A stretch of DNA of 64,000 bases from assembly GCF_006345805.1 (NCBI RefSeq), contig NW_021832840.1, forward strand, positions 1 to 64,000, read 5' to 3'. A program made the position numbers and the translations under genes. Positions 38,661 through 51,688 of this stretch are shown here, in pieces. This DNA is from Octopus sinensis (taxonomy: Eukaryota). Numbering within the stretch: the first letter of the stretch is position 1; each line of letters begins with the position of its first letter. The notes beneath the pieces were generated by a model. It made no database searches, had not been told where the DNA came from, and saw only the letters and a program-made list of their open reading frames with translations.

Positions 38661-39930
38661 GGCGTAGTTTCATATTATTAAAACCAAAAAGAATAAAATT
38701 GAAATGTGAGAATTTTTTGTTTAAAATAATTTTGATATTTTATGTTTGTGTATTTTTGTTATAAAATTAACGAATCTTCTCTTCTAACGATTTAATAGTA
38801 ATTTGAAAAAAAAATTTATTAAGGAAAAAAAATTGTAAGATGATTAGGTATGGACGCGGCCTTGTCGGCACCCACACGTGGCAATTTAACATGCTTTGGG
38901 ATTATAAGTACTACTCTTTCACATTTTCAGGACGGAAACCCAAAACGTTAACTGCATCAACTTCCTCCAAAACCAAAAACTCGACATTTTTATGCACAAA
39001 AAACACGGAATAGATCCAACGAAATTTGGAACGCTGATAATCAGTTCTGGCCTTGTTCTCAACCAAAGAAACGTTTTTATCGGATTTCACTGGTACCCAT
39101 TTTATTGTAAGATATTGATTTTTCCATAAAATTAATGAATCATCTCTTTTAACGATGAAAGATATTGATTTTTCCATAATTTTGATCCCTGAATTAATTG
39201 TAGGATCTTGAGGGTGGGTAATGTATAGCTGATGTAAATGTAGGAATTTATGTTTAAAGAAATTTTGATATTTTCTGTTTGTCTGTTTTTTGATAAAATT
39301 ATGTATTGAAAAATGAAAATTGTTTTGTTAGAACTATTCTTTTATTTTGGAAATGTTTCAATATTTGATATTTTTATTTTCTGGAAATACAAGTTTCTCA
39401 AATCCGTTTATATATATCATCTAAACTAAAAATCGATGAACGCTGTTTTGTCTAAATTAAATTTTTCTTATTACTTCCTTCCTATTTATATACAATCTAT
39501 AAATAACAAATAAACTGCAGTTTAATTAAATTTTAATTAATTCGGACTAAAATGTAAAACTGCATTAATTATGATCCACCATTATTAACTAGCAATTTTT
39601 TTATCAATTATTTATCCAAAACTATTTAAAATAGTGAAACCACTTTACAATAAAAGTTTTAAAAGCTATTTATAGCAATTCTATGGAAGATTTTCTTTCT
39701 ATATGGGTGAATAGAGATGATTATGGGAATTTTTTATTACTGTATAAAGATTACTGTATTAACTCAACATTTAAATTTAATGTAAAATTATACTTGTTTC
39801 CCAAAAAATTTGGGCTGTTCAACAAAAGCATAAAGCCTCTAAAACCGATGTTTATAGTCTGTTTATCCAAATATGAAGGATTGACTAATATATACAGTCT
39901 GCAAAGAGATAAAACAATTTTTTAAATAAT

Positions 39931-42203
39931 TTAATGCAACAAATCATGGAAGGTGACCCCCACATTCGTGCTCAACTCAATATTCTCAGGGTATACAAAC
40001 AATCCGTGATTGGGTGGGCAATGAAAGTAAACAATTCCATCGACCACCCCGTCGGTATCCCCCTTCTCACTCTCCAACTCAATTCCCACCCGACATTGAT
40101 CCCCCTCATGTGTCCTCCCCACATATCGAACAATTCCACGCAATCCCCCATTCTTCAGTTGGACATATCGACCACTCGTCAACCACCAAGGCAAAGATGT
40201 ACACTCCCCCTCCTCTCCCTGATCTGACCATACATCTCCCAATTCATCCAACCCTCCCAAAGCGTCCTCTTCACTCTCTTCAGGAGAAGGAGGGACAATA
40301 GGAGCAACAGTAGGGGGACTGGGTTGTTCTACCGGCTGACTCGGAGTTGTTGGTTGGAATGAGGAAGTAATACTTTTGCAGAATGAACCAAGACGGTTGA
40401 TGAGAGTAGAAGAGAATGTGTGGAGTGGGGAGTTCTGAGGGGTTTCTGCTTGTCTTATCTACAAATAAGAGGACAGGTCAACCTGATATTGTTTGTCCTG
40501 TTGGACTAGGTCGATCACGGATTGTAAAGTTAAACATTCGTGGGGAAGACTTCTCCCTCCATTCAATTGAAGGAAGAAACCCAAGAATGCTTGTTGGGGA
40601 AAGGAGTACTAAAATATCCCCAAAATAATACTCGAGGAATGCTAAATTCAACAATATTTCCCCATTTTTGAAACAGCGGGCACATCAAAGAATGGAAGTA
40701 AGTCGAATGGATTATTCCCACATCAAGTGTCACGTTTTCTCCATAGAAAGGAGACTCCCACTTGACCGATTTAAGCTGAGATAAAAGAGGAGTGTTACTG
40801 TAAAAATATTGCCGAGGTAGTTGTCCCACCGGTCGAAAGTATGGTCGTCCCGTTTAATTGAGATGTGGCAGTGACCCAAAGGCATTCCACAATGGCCAAT
40901 GACCTGTGCAGAGAGACTGTCCCTCTCGTACAGACAATCGGCGAAAATTAAGCATGTCCCAAACACCTTCTGACACAATTGGGGTATCAATCCAAGAGGA
41001 ATGGACTGTCCGGGAGTCCAACCGACATAGGGTGGTGGAATACATTTGGAAAACGAAGAAAGTCTTAATAATAGGCGAGTAAAATATTCAGGAAGTGACT
41101 GGAGAGGAATCGGGAGGTATTCAAGCATATCAGCATAACTGAGGGGCTCATCCACACAGAAAAAATGCTGATCAGCAATAGAAAGGACATCCCCACGGCG
41201 AAGAGGAGTGGGGGAGGAAATAGGCCTCTTATTAATAGTGATATAACTAATGTGCCCAGACAAAACTACCCGAATGACTCCACCATCAGTCCCTCTTCAC
41301 AATATATTCGACAATGGGGGGACTCGATCCCCTTCCCTCCCAAAAAAAGAGTGTGTGCTGAGTATGGGACTTGTTCTCCGGTAGGGTAAACCAACAAATA
41401 TGTCTGGGAGTAAAAAAGAGACCATACGTCGATTTGAAGAAAAGATTCACTAGAAAATGGGAAGAGACAATGAGGAGTGTGTCTCCTTTCTGGAAGGACG
41501 ATGTGTCGATAAGAGTAGTACCGAGTTCTGTCGAGAGAAGGGGAATGGATGATTTGGTTATCTCGCAAAAGAACTGTCCATGACCACTTTCCCGAAAAAC
41601 AGCGGACATTTCTCATAAGAATATTCCCAAAAAGAGTCTAGAATATAATTTTAATGATACCCTCCACACTTTTCTCAACTCGACAGTCACCTGCAAGTGA
41701 CGAATAGCCCTCCCTACATCGCCCAACATACACTCCTCCTTCCTGATCAAGCCTTCCATCACCTCAATTTCAGACATTCTCAACAATGTCACTTTCGGAG
41801 AGGACGTGGCCACTGACTGGAGTAGACTAGGAATTATACTTTGTGACTAATTGTCCGATGTAGAGTTATCACTGTGGTTATGTTCACCACTCCACTCTCC
41901 ATCAAAAACATTCCTTTCCTCCACTCAATGTGACTCATTATGTCACCCCACGTGTCAGAATCCACAGAGACTGTACCTCGACTGTCATTGCGAGTGCCGA
42001 GCATGTCGATTAGTTTGTGTTCTTGAGAAGTGATTCCACAACAAGACAGTTCAACATGTCCACCCACTGTAGTAAGCAGACGTTTGGCTGTATTATCAAA
42101 TACAGTTCTTTGAGTTGTATCTAGACTGTCAATATGCGCAACCACCGTTTATGAGTAGTATCACGTCCTCCTCCTTCCACAATTTTGCTGACAATTGTTC
42201 CAT
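39931..42203 (-). CDS. KIF13: Miniature KIF13/Khc-73-like protein (FHA, stalk segments, C-terminal CAP-Gly) with no intact motor motifs
   Basis: Introns 41817-41839, 41638-41660, 41404-41427 and 41247-41269 (23-24 nt). FHA GGKGIESPHC..INKRPISSPTPLRRGDVLSIADQHFF; FGTCLIFADCLY..LGHCHISI stalk motif; CAP-Gly PWWL..GIVRYVG..VGIEL..DG..YF.C..HGLFV. Middle exons (40260-40830) not fully resolved. Confidence 0.68.
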
Positions 42204-43479
42204 CACATGAACAGATATTTCAATAACGACTATTTATTGTATATAAATTTTTTCATTAAAATTTTATTGTTCAACAAAAGTTAAGGAAAAATCATTTTTG
42301 TGCAAAAATATTGGTTTATAGTCGTTGATTTTTGCATGCTCGTCTTAATCGCGGAATGCCGGGTATGCGACCGAAATATTATGTATAAATAAAAATATTT
42401 TTTCAAAAAGAAAGTTTAATAATTAATAAAAACACCCCTAGTTAATTAGATTCGATAAGCATTAATGCATTCTTTTATTCTATTCAAGATAATTAAACTG
42501 CAATTGTTTTGTTATTTATAAATTGAATATCAGCAGGAAGTCTATAAAAGTAAGAAATCGAATTAATTTAATCAAATGACCTTACATTCCAGATACCTTC
42601 ATTCCGTGGTTTTGTTCAATTACATTCTCTCAGGAGTCTTTTTCAGCACAAATGATTGGATGTGTATCTTTGCTGCTTTTCTAATCAATTGAATTATCTG
42701 TAATTGAGAGTCGTATAGAAACAAAAGCACACTTTTCATCAAACCATACTTTTGATAGTTTTCAAATTCCACCTACTTGAAGCAATCTTGTAAAGTACTA
42801 TGCACTTAACTCCTTGGCTCCTCCTGTCTGAAGAACTATATCTTTCCAAATTTCTTTAAAATGACATGCATCGATAAAGTTATTAAGCACCACTCATGGC
42901 TGTTAACTCAGTCGGCGGATATAAAAAGAAAACTTTGACAATCTCAAATGGAGTCTAACAATACTGAATGATTCATCGAGAAACACGAGGACCCTCTCAG
43001 GGTGACGGATAGGCCTACGTCGCCGAATTTAACACTTTGCTCTTTATCACTTTCACTTAATGCTGATTGGTAAGTCTTTTACAAAACAAGAAGAGACCAC
43101 AATCCGCTTTTGTTAGGATCAAAAGGATGTTAACACCAAATGAGTTCCTAATTGATAAAATTAAAATGCTGCAAACTAGCTACGGTTCCAAGAAATCTAA
43201 ATTAAAGAATTTTTATCTGGATAACTTCAGCTTTCTGGACAAGGTTATCAGCTACTTTGCGAAAATAATTCTGGAGGCAAAATCAAGGGCTATACCCAAA
43301 CTTCAATTAAATTCTGAGAGTGGTTGATAAAGGTCTGTCTTAGTCAAAAAAAATTATCTTAAGACATTTGATATAAAGTTTTATATCAGCACATTAAATA
43401 CTTATTTTTTTTATTTAACCCAAGGATCAACAACAGTTAATATCACATAAAAAGTATAAAAATCCGATATATTAGCCTC

Positions 43480-43800
43480 AAAAAGAAGGCTGAAAATACG
43501 CCCAGCACCTCTCCTTTCCTCGGAAAAAGAAGTAGTGGATACCTTACATTCCACAAAACGACTTATTTTCATGGTCCAGACAAAATCTCGATTGGTTTCA
43601 AAAACCTAATAGATTCTGTTTCGAGAACTCTGGCCTTATGTGTTCAGCATCAGTAATTCTTTTTCCAACAACATCATATGATTTAAGCCTCGCATTTCAC
43701 TCGCTCCAAGCTTCTTGCCAAAAAGAGGCACGAGGAACACATCAAATTCATATGTCTTCATTTCTTTCATTGTAAAATTGAACATTCTTTTTTTGATTTA
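43480..43800 (+). mobile_element. Degenerate LINE linker/RT-start remnant
   Basis: EKEVVDTL...HGPDKISI resembles the pre-RT GPD motif. Confidence 0.4.
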
Positions 43801-45067
43801 AACCAAATCACCGATTACGAAATTTCTTTTTCAAATTTTTATAGATTAGATATAAACAGGAGAAATCGGTAAAGAATACGAACAACAGAAAATCCTGGTA
43901 AAACTAATAGAGAGAATGTTACAGAACACGGCACAAGGTAGACTTAATTCACTTTATGTTTTCTCGAAAGTGCTCTTAATAATAAATAATTAACAGGAAG
44001 TAATTTCTAACTATTTAATTAGAGTCGATTAACTATAGTCAACTAAATTATCTAATTATAAGTCCAGATCTTCAGTGATTTTACTTCTTCCCTTGGAAGA
44101 GGAGTTTGCCGCAAATTTCCTTTGCTTTTCCATTTCTGTGTCAAAATTTTTGTTGAGCTGTGTGTCATCGCAAGATTGCAGCTCTGACTTGATTGGCGAC
44201 AAAGGCGTACTTTACGTCGTCTACTTTCATTATTCGTTTGTGTAAAACTAATTTAATTTAGGCTAACAGCGTTTATCGATTTCTAGTTTGAAATTAATAT
44301 ACACCCCTCGACATTAAAATCCGGACAATTTATAAATCGTCATTTTTATTATCAAATTTAGAAAAAAATCTTTGAGCATAATATTTTTTTCTATATTTTT
44401 ATATTTAAAAAAAATATATTTAAAAAAGTTTTATAAAACGATATTTAAAAGCATAAAACGTATTTCAGTGGCGTAAAATTCCGGACACTTTTGCTATTAT
44501 AGTTAAAAGAGCTAATTTTTTAAAATATTTTAGAAAAAATTAATGGATTCTTTTTGTAAAGGACAAATTATTTCTTATTACCAGCACAATTTTTCTTATA
44601 GGAGAATTTCTGATATCCTCGGAGTTCCGAAATCGATCGTTTTCGATGTTGTTCGAAAATACATAAACTCAGGAACCATTTATAGAAAAAGTGGGTCTGA
44701 AGGACCAACATTACTCAATACAAACGAAATCAAAATATTAGTGGAACTTTCTGAAGCCAATAGTGAAAAATCTGCAAAAGACCTCGCTCTAGAAATGGAA
44801 ACCATCACTCAAGAGTAATTTGCCCGCGAACAATTACCCGCAACTTAAATAAGAATGGATTAGTTGGAAGAGTAGCAAAGAAAAAACCATTGTTAAGTAA
44901 AAAAATACTCAAAAGATATAAAATATCGAAAATATTTGTTGGTATGTACATTAGTCTTAGGACACTTGTTTATTTTTAATAAAATTTTATTTTCGTTAAC
45001 ATAGCTGTTTTTATTTAATTTTTTCCAATAGTATAATAGTTCTCCTAGTTTTCTTTACATCCTAGAT

Positions 45068-46500
45068 CAGGGGTGCGCAAGCTTTTTGGGTTTGCGGCCG
45101 CATAGCATTTATTTTTCCTTCTCTTCCACGGCCGCACATTTTCTGCATTATTTTTTCGATATTAATATAGTAGTTTTTTTTAATTATTAAATTGACCGCA
45201 TAAGTTGCCCATTGTCATCGAGACCGAATGAGTTCTTGGACAGGAAATGCTCTCGTTTATCAGGGACATCATATTATTAAAATAAATAATTATTTCATGG
45301 ACAAAAGATAAGAAAGAAGGAAAGTTAATTAAAAGAAATGTATTATACAAGTTATTCTAATGACGGCCAGGATCTTTGGTATTTTTTGCGAGCTTATTGA
45401 AATCCACTGGTAGGGTAGATATCATTATGCGCAAACATGACTCTAAGTTTGCATCCGTTATCCGAGATCTATATTGACTTTTTAAATATTTCATTTTGAA
45501 AAATGTAGACTCACATAAATATGTGCTTCCGAATGGCGCATTCAAATTGAAATTCCAATGTAATTCAATTTGAAATTCCAATAACGCATTCTCAATCGAA
45601 ACAGTATGTGGTGCTGCAGTTAATTAAAGTTTGAGTTCAATTTTTTAAATTCGTTAAATCGCTCTTCAAATTGTTTCAAAATATAATCGAATATAGTATT
45701 AAATGTATTTGGTGTAAGATCGTCATAATTAATTATTTTGTCATCAATGAGATCAATCAATGATGAGACATGTCATGTCCAATTTGAATTCCAAACAACA
45801 TTGTTTAACTATTTCAAATATATCTTGACCCCGTACATTTCCAGGTAGTGACTTCATGGATAGAAAATTCTCATGTATTTCAAAATCGAAGGATAGAGTA
45901 CGAATAAATATGATCAGCTGAGCAGAATCACATATATCATTCGACTCATCAATGGCAAGTGAAAATAACGTAGTTTGAGAATTTAATTTTTGTAGGAGTG
46001 ATAGATTAAGATGCTCGGCAATATGAAACTGTCGGCGCTGAATTGTGTCACGTGAAAGTGGAATTGCTTCAAAGTTATGCTCCTTGTCGGGATCAATGCA
46101 TTTAACTGATTCCATGATACATCTTTTCAAAGTTCGCCGTCTGAAAAAGGTTTTCCAGCAGATCCAAGGATATGAGCAACTCGAAAGGATGCTTCAACTC
46201 TTGCATTTGCCACATTTAAAAAAGTTTTTAAACATTTTTTTGTTGTCTTAATTTGTATTTCAAATTTTCGACGGAATCTTCTCTTGAACACTTGGAGTTG
46301 ACAACTAGGTGGTCTAAATGTCGTTGAAAATGTTGTTTAGCATTGTCCCGTTTTATAGTTTTCACAATTTCATGACACAAAATCATTGCATACTATTGTT
46401 GTCTGTTTCGACTACGAAGTATTCACTTTCCCAGTTGATATTAAATTTTCTTTTTTCTTCATTCAAAGAACGTCGTCTTTTAACAGGTAATGACATAAAT
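45068..46500 (-). mobile_element. hAT (Buster/SPIN-like) transposase remnant with one TIR
   Basis: CAGGGGTGCGCAA preceded by TCCTAGAT (nnnTAnnn); FSLAIDESNDICDSAQL and PFGSTYLCESTF motifs. Confidence 0.8.
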
Positions 46501-46944
46501 AAATTAAGCCGTTTATGATAATTACTTTTAATAAAGGTTAACCATTATATAAAAATAGAATTTTATTTAATATGAATATTTTTAATTATTATGTCGCTAG
46601 CGCAGCGCGCGACCGAGCGCTAGACGCGACTTTGACACCAAATAAGCCTATCATCAACAAATATATTTATTAAATTATTTAAAATTTTAACATGATTTAA
46701 AATTAAAATTGAAATAACTTAAGTTTTCCATTGAATCCCATAAAATAATTTATAAGTAGACCTTAATAGAAAAAGTAAAATCAATGAATACTTAATAGAA
46801 AAAGTAAAATCAAAAAGAACGCAAAAACAATCTAAGTCCCTTGGGCAAGGACTAACTTGGAAAACCTAACGGTGTAGTCCCGCTTCTTGGTGGCCAAGTG
46901 ACAAAAGAACGCAAAAACAATCTAACGCAAGAACAACTAATTCT

Positions 46945-47610
46945 AATCGTCCAAAAAATACCATACCAACAGTTAAACATGGAGGTAGCAGTATTATGCT
47001 ATGGGGGTGTTTTTCTTCTTGGGGCGTTGGAGAACTTCATGTGATTGACGGAATATTGAATGCTTCTAAATACTGTGATATTTTGGAAAAAAATCTATTT
47101 TCGTCAATTGAGAAATGTGGTATTGCAGGAAATTGGACATTTAACAAGACAGTGATCCAAAGCACACCGCAAAAAAAACTCAAAATTCGTATATTTAAAT
47201 GATTATTAGCATTATTTGCGATTAATTTTTTGTACATGCTTAAGCGAAAGGAACATTCAGAAGAAATAAAAAAACTTATACTTCTTGAATATAATGCAGG
47301 AAACTCAATCCGAAAAATTTCCGAAAGTGTTCATATTCCGAAGAGTACAGTATGGAAAATTATCAATAAATCGAAATTATTTAAAATTACCAAAAATAAG
47401 CCAAGATCAGGACAACCAAAAAAAATATCATCTCGATCAATTTCCATAATTAGACGAAAAGTGCTTGATAATCCGAGATTATCTTGTAAACAACTCTCTA
47501 CTTACTTCGGTGAGATAGGAACACCAGTATGCTCACAGACTGTTACAAATTCTCTAAGAAAAGAAGGGTTCCATAAATGTCGTCCACGTAAAGTTTTTTT
47601 TCTAAATTAA
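46945..47610 (+). mobile_element. Tc1 transposase pieces (catalytic middle followed by an N-terminal HTH piece)
   Basis: TVKHGGSSIMLWGCFS...DPKHTA, then MKRKEHSEEIK...IPKSTV...RSGQPKKIS. Confidence 0.75.
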
Positions 47611-48340
47611 GACTTTTTTTTGTTGATTATAGATCAAGTGTTAATTAAGTGAATTTATGATGCTAATTCTTTGATTGAGAGGACGCGCGAATAGATAAGC
47701 AGTTTCAGCGCAATATCGCGAGCGAAATGCGCTCCGTGTTTTCACGAACAAAATCTCCTTTCCGATATTGAAAATATTCTGAAGTTCGTGACATAATTAT
47801 ATAATTAAATCATTTATCTCAAAAAAGATATGTAAAAATATAAACGTACACGGGATCCATTTTTAACCCCAAGGGGTACAATTTATCAAAAATTTGAAGA
47901 GGTCAAAAACCGCTGTACTAGAATAAAATACCACAATAAAAATACTAAAAAAGATCGAGATAAATAAAACAAAAAAACAATCAAATACTAGAAAGAATTA
48001 AATTTAATTTAAGAAATCCATATGAATGAAGATTAATTAATTGATAAAATGAATACAAATTTACTTGCAAAATAAACTTTATAGAAAATATTTTACTAGT
48101 AGTCAATTTAATTAATCTTCAAACAAATAAAAAAACAAAAATATTATAAAAATACAGAATTAATTGGCAGTAAAAATAAAATAGGAATTAATAACCAGAA
48201 GCACAACAAAGAAAAAGAAAATAGCGTGCATAACACGTGATATGTAATTTAAATTTAGAATATTTAAAAAGTTAAATAAATAACATTTAATATTGTCAGT
48301 TTGTTTAAATTCAGCTAGTTTACTTTTTATACTTTTTTAA

Positions 48341-48750
48341 TTTTTTTTTTTTTTTTTTTTTTCAGTTAATAAATTCAGAGAAGAGATTGATTTGAGAAAT
48401 CAATTGAGGAAGCCCGCTGCCTGTATGGAAAGCGAGTTCCCTCGGAGTATGGCTATTCCGATCCTTTGTCTTAGCCATACTCCTTCACGAGGATCATTCT
48501 CCTTTGTGGCGAGCATTCTTCCGAGTTCGCGCAAGAACTCGGCAGTCGCTGGGCCAACTGCTCCTGATGACTCAGCCGCAACAGGGGTGAATCTGTAGCG
48601 GTCCCCGAGGAAGGAATATTTTTTGGTTTTAAGGTTTTCCGCGATTGAGGCAGCTGCTCCAGGTGTCTGAACCGATTTAAGGAGATTCGTGCTTGAGTAA
48701 GTATCGACGCAAGTTGCGTCCCAGACCAAAGATCGTCCGGAGTTGCGTCC
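48341..48750 (-). mobile_element. CRE-like 3' fragment with poly(A) tail
   Basis: GRSLVWDATCVD...RQRIGIAILRGN; 23-nt T run at 48341-48363. Confidence 0.85.
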
Positions 48751-49199
48751 TTTTTTAAATAGAAAATTTTTTTTAGCTGAATGCATTTATTACGAAAAAA
48801 GAATTCGGTCAAGTGTTCGAAAGCTTCATAGACGGAAAGCCGACGCGATCGAGAAAGAATTAGAGCGTGCTATCGCAAGGGATATCCGCTCGAAAAACCA
48901 TCGCGGGCGTAATAGAAAATTAAATTTTGAATAATTATTTTTAAATTTTGTTAAAAAAACACAAAATATAAATTCAAAATTGAAAAAGTCTAGATAAAAT
49001 TAGTTTTTAATTAGTGGGTCTGCTTTCAGTCGATTCTCCTACTCTTCGAGCCTGAGCTTGGCCACATTTATCCATTTTTTTAGGGCTGCTCTAGTGTTTT
49101 CCGGATGACCACAGACTTGATGTAAGCTTGATGTAATTGGTAGAATTGATGGATACAATAGAGTCTAAGGTATTAATTGAAAATTAATTTGTAGGTGAT

Positions 49200-49830
49200 T
49201 TTTTGAATGATTCCTTAATATTGTGTAAGGATGCGCATTTTGCCAGAGTTACAACGTAATAACTTTAAAAATTCTAATGAATTTCTGGAAAAATTTAAAA
49301 AGAGCCATGATTTTAGAATGTTAAAATTACACCGAGAGATGCGAACTGATATAGTAGTTGACATTAATTCTTTTCGTCAAGAACTTAAAGAAATTTATAA
49401 ATTGTATAAGCCTGATCAATTCTATAATCTGCATTATACTACAAGCTTATTCAATCAAAAAGCACCCCTTATCGAAATACCGATTCCAAGGATATAAAAA
49501 TTTTAAACCTGGATTGTATTAAGATTTTAATTTTTTCTAAAAATTCTACTGGATTACTACAACCAATAGATATTTGAATTATGAAAACATTCAAGGCTAA
49601 CTTCATAAGAAGAAAGCAAGAATACTTAACTGATTTTCCCGACGATGAAAATGTTTCTGTATACAATTCATACAAAAAATTGACATTAAAAGATGCAATT
49701 TTGTTTGTTAAAATGGATTGGGATGACGTATCTACTGAAACCATTCAAAATTGTTTTAAGATTTTAAATGAATCTAATCACGAAAATTTAATAATTGAAC
49801 ACTAGATACTGAAATTGAAGGAACTTATAT
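49200..49830 (+). mobile_element. Tigger/pogo transposase remnant
   Basis: FKNSNEFLEKFKK, YKPDQFYN, LLQPIDI..MKTFKANF. Confidence 0.65.
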
Positions 49831-49859
49831 TTTCGCGTCCGGCTCGGTAACGCGTCCAG

Positions 49860-50451
49860 CTCGTGACATATTACCCGCCTGCAAATCTAGAAGAATTGGA
49901 AGAGAGCATCAATCATTATTTTCCGTCTCTTAATATTGAAATATATGATTAGATTAGAAATCCATTCTCCGAATCATGTGAATATCAACTTACTCTAACA
50001 GAAGAGGAGGAGCTTTGTCAACTTCGATATGACCGCACATTAAAAAATTAAATTTACTAAAATAAAGACAGATAAGTTCTGGATTTTGATAAAAGATTCT
50101 TATCCTTCAATTTTTAAAAAAGCAATCAAAATATTACTTCAGTTCTCACATCATATAAGTGTGAACAAGCTTTCTCTTGTCTCGTCAAAAAACAGAAACT
50201 GGTTGTTATCAGTTGAAGATGACCTCCGCGTATGTTTGTCGCAAATTCGTCCCCGTCTGAAAATTTTGTGTGCACATAAACAAACACAAGTGTCTCATTA
50301 GTTATTATAATTACAATTTGGTAATTTTTTGTTAAGTTTCTTGAATATATTAATTAAAAAAACATTTCTAATGAATACTGATTTTTTAAATGCCGGGAGA
50401 AAAAAAACCAAGTTTTAGGTACCGCGAGCACAAAAAGGTTGGGAAACGCTG
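49860..50451 (+). mobile_element. hAT (Buster-like) 3' portion with right TIR
   Basis: YPSIFKKAIKILL..CEQAFS..VEDDLRVCLS; terminus GGTTGGGAAACGCTG abutting the Tc1 APCH codons. Confidence 0.78.
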
Positions 50452-51034
50452 CCCCATGTCATACTTCGAAAGCAACAAAGGAGTATTTTTCTGCAAACAA
50501 AATTAATTTACTCGATTGACCGGCACAATCCCTCGATATGAATCCCATTGAACATATTTGGTCAAAAACTAAATATGAATTATCGAGGGATGATGCAGAA
50601 AATCGACCAAAAAATAAACATCAAAAAAATAAAATATTAGAAATTTGGAATAAACTTCCAATTGATTTTATTCGAAAATTAATAAATTCGATGAAAACTC
50701 GGAGTTTAAAGTTATATAAATCGAGAGGAAAGCATATTCCTTACTGATATTTTATTTTTTGACATTTGTCCGAAATTTTTTGTCTTAAAAATCGGTTTTT
50801 GCTTTATTCTCAATATTCTAAAAAGATTTATGGATAAATATTATAAAATTAAAAAATATAGATGATATAAGCATGCTTAAGTTTTTAATTTAATAAAATT
50901 GATAATAAAAATGACGATTTATTAACTGTCCAAATTTTAATGTCGAGGGGTGTATAAACGCATTTTAAAACAACTTGGGATTTTCGTTGATTAATAATTT
51001 TATCAAGAAACAGAAATATAAAATAGCAAATGAC

Positions 51035-51445
51035 GGAAAAACTGAAACGAGACGGAAAAAGACCCGACGGTCTATCGACTTTCCCGTTTGAGTTCGGCAA
51101 GTCTCTGATATGGGATGCGACGTGTTCAGACACTTTCTCAAAGCTTAATCTTCTTTCTTCAGCTGTCGAGGCTGGCTCAGTCTCTCGCAAAACCGAAAAA
51201 ATGAAGATCGGAAAGTACAAGGAGCTCTCTGAACGATATCTGTTCACTCCTATCGCCGTCGAGACATCCGGCGTCATCGGCGAAAAGTCTCTCTCCTTTT
51301 TGAAAAAGCTTGGCCGCATGACTTCCCATAAACGGGGAGACCCACGCGAGTCCAAGTGGCTTCTCGAAAGGATTTCCTTGGCTATAGTACGTGGAAACTG
51401 TGTTTCCATCTACGAGGCCGGGAATTTTGTATTCAATTGAATAAT
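51035..51445 (+). mobile_element. CRE-like RLE-only 3' fragment
   Basis: DGKRPDGLSTFPF..IWDATC..ISLAIVRGN. Confidence 0.85.
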
Positions 51446-51688
51446 AATTTGATATAAAAATCGTCCTTGTTGTTGTATTACATTATTTGGCCGATCTTAA
51501 AAGATTATTTTCGTTTTTGGATCTAAGTTTGTTTATTGAAAAAAAATATCAAAACATTCATAAAATACAATATTACTTTTAACAAAACAATTTTCACTTT
51601 TCAAAATTCACAATTTTAGTTAATAAATACAGTTAACAAAAATAAAAATGGAACATGCTTTTTCTTATAAATGTCAAAGCTTCATTTC

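Larger units (their letters stand above)
44302..50952 (+). mobile_element. Tc1-like element split by nested insertions
   Basis: Matching TA-flanked TIRs CACCCCTCGACATTAAAAT(CC/TT)GGACA...ATAAATCGTCATTTTTATTATCAA at 44302 and 50952. N-terminal ORF from 44543; C-terminal APCH..DMNPIEHIW at 50451-50747. Confidence 0.8.

Noticed and set aside
38911-39177. 88-aa minus-strand ORF
   Set aside because: No recognisable homology or splice context.
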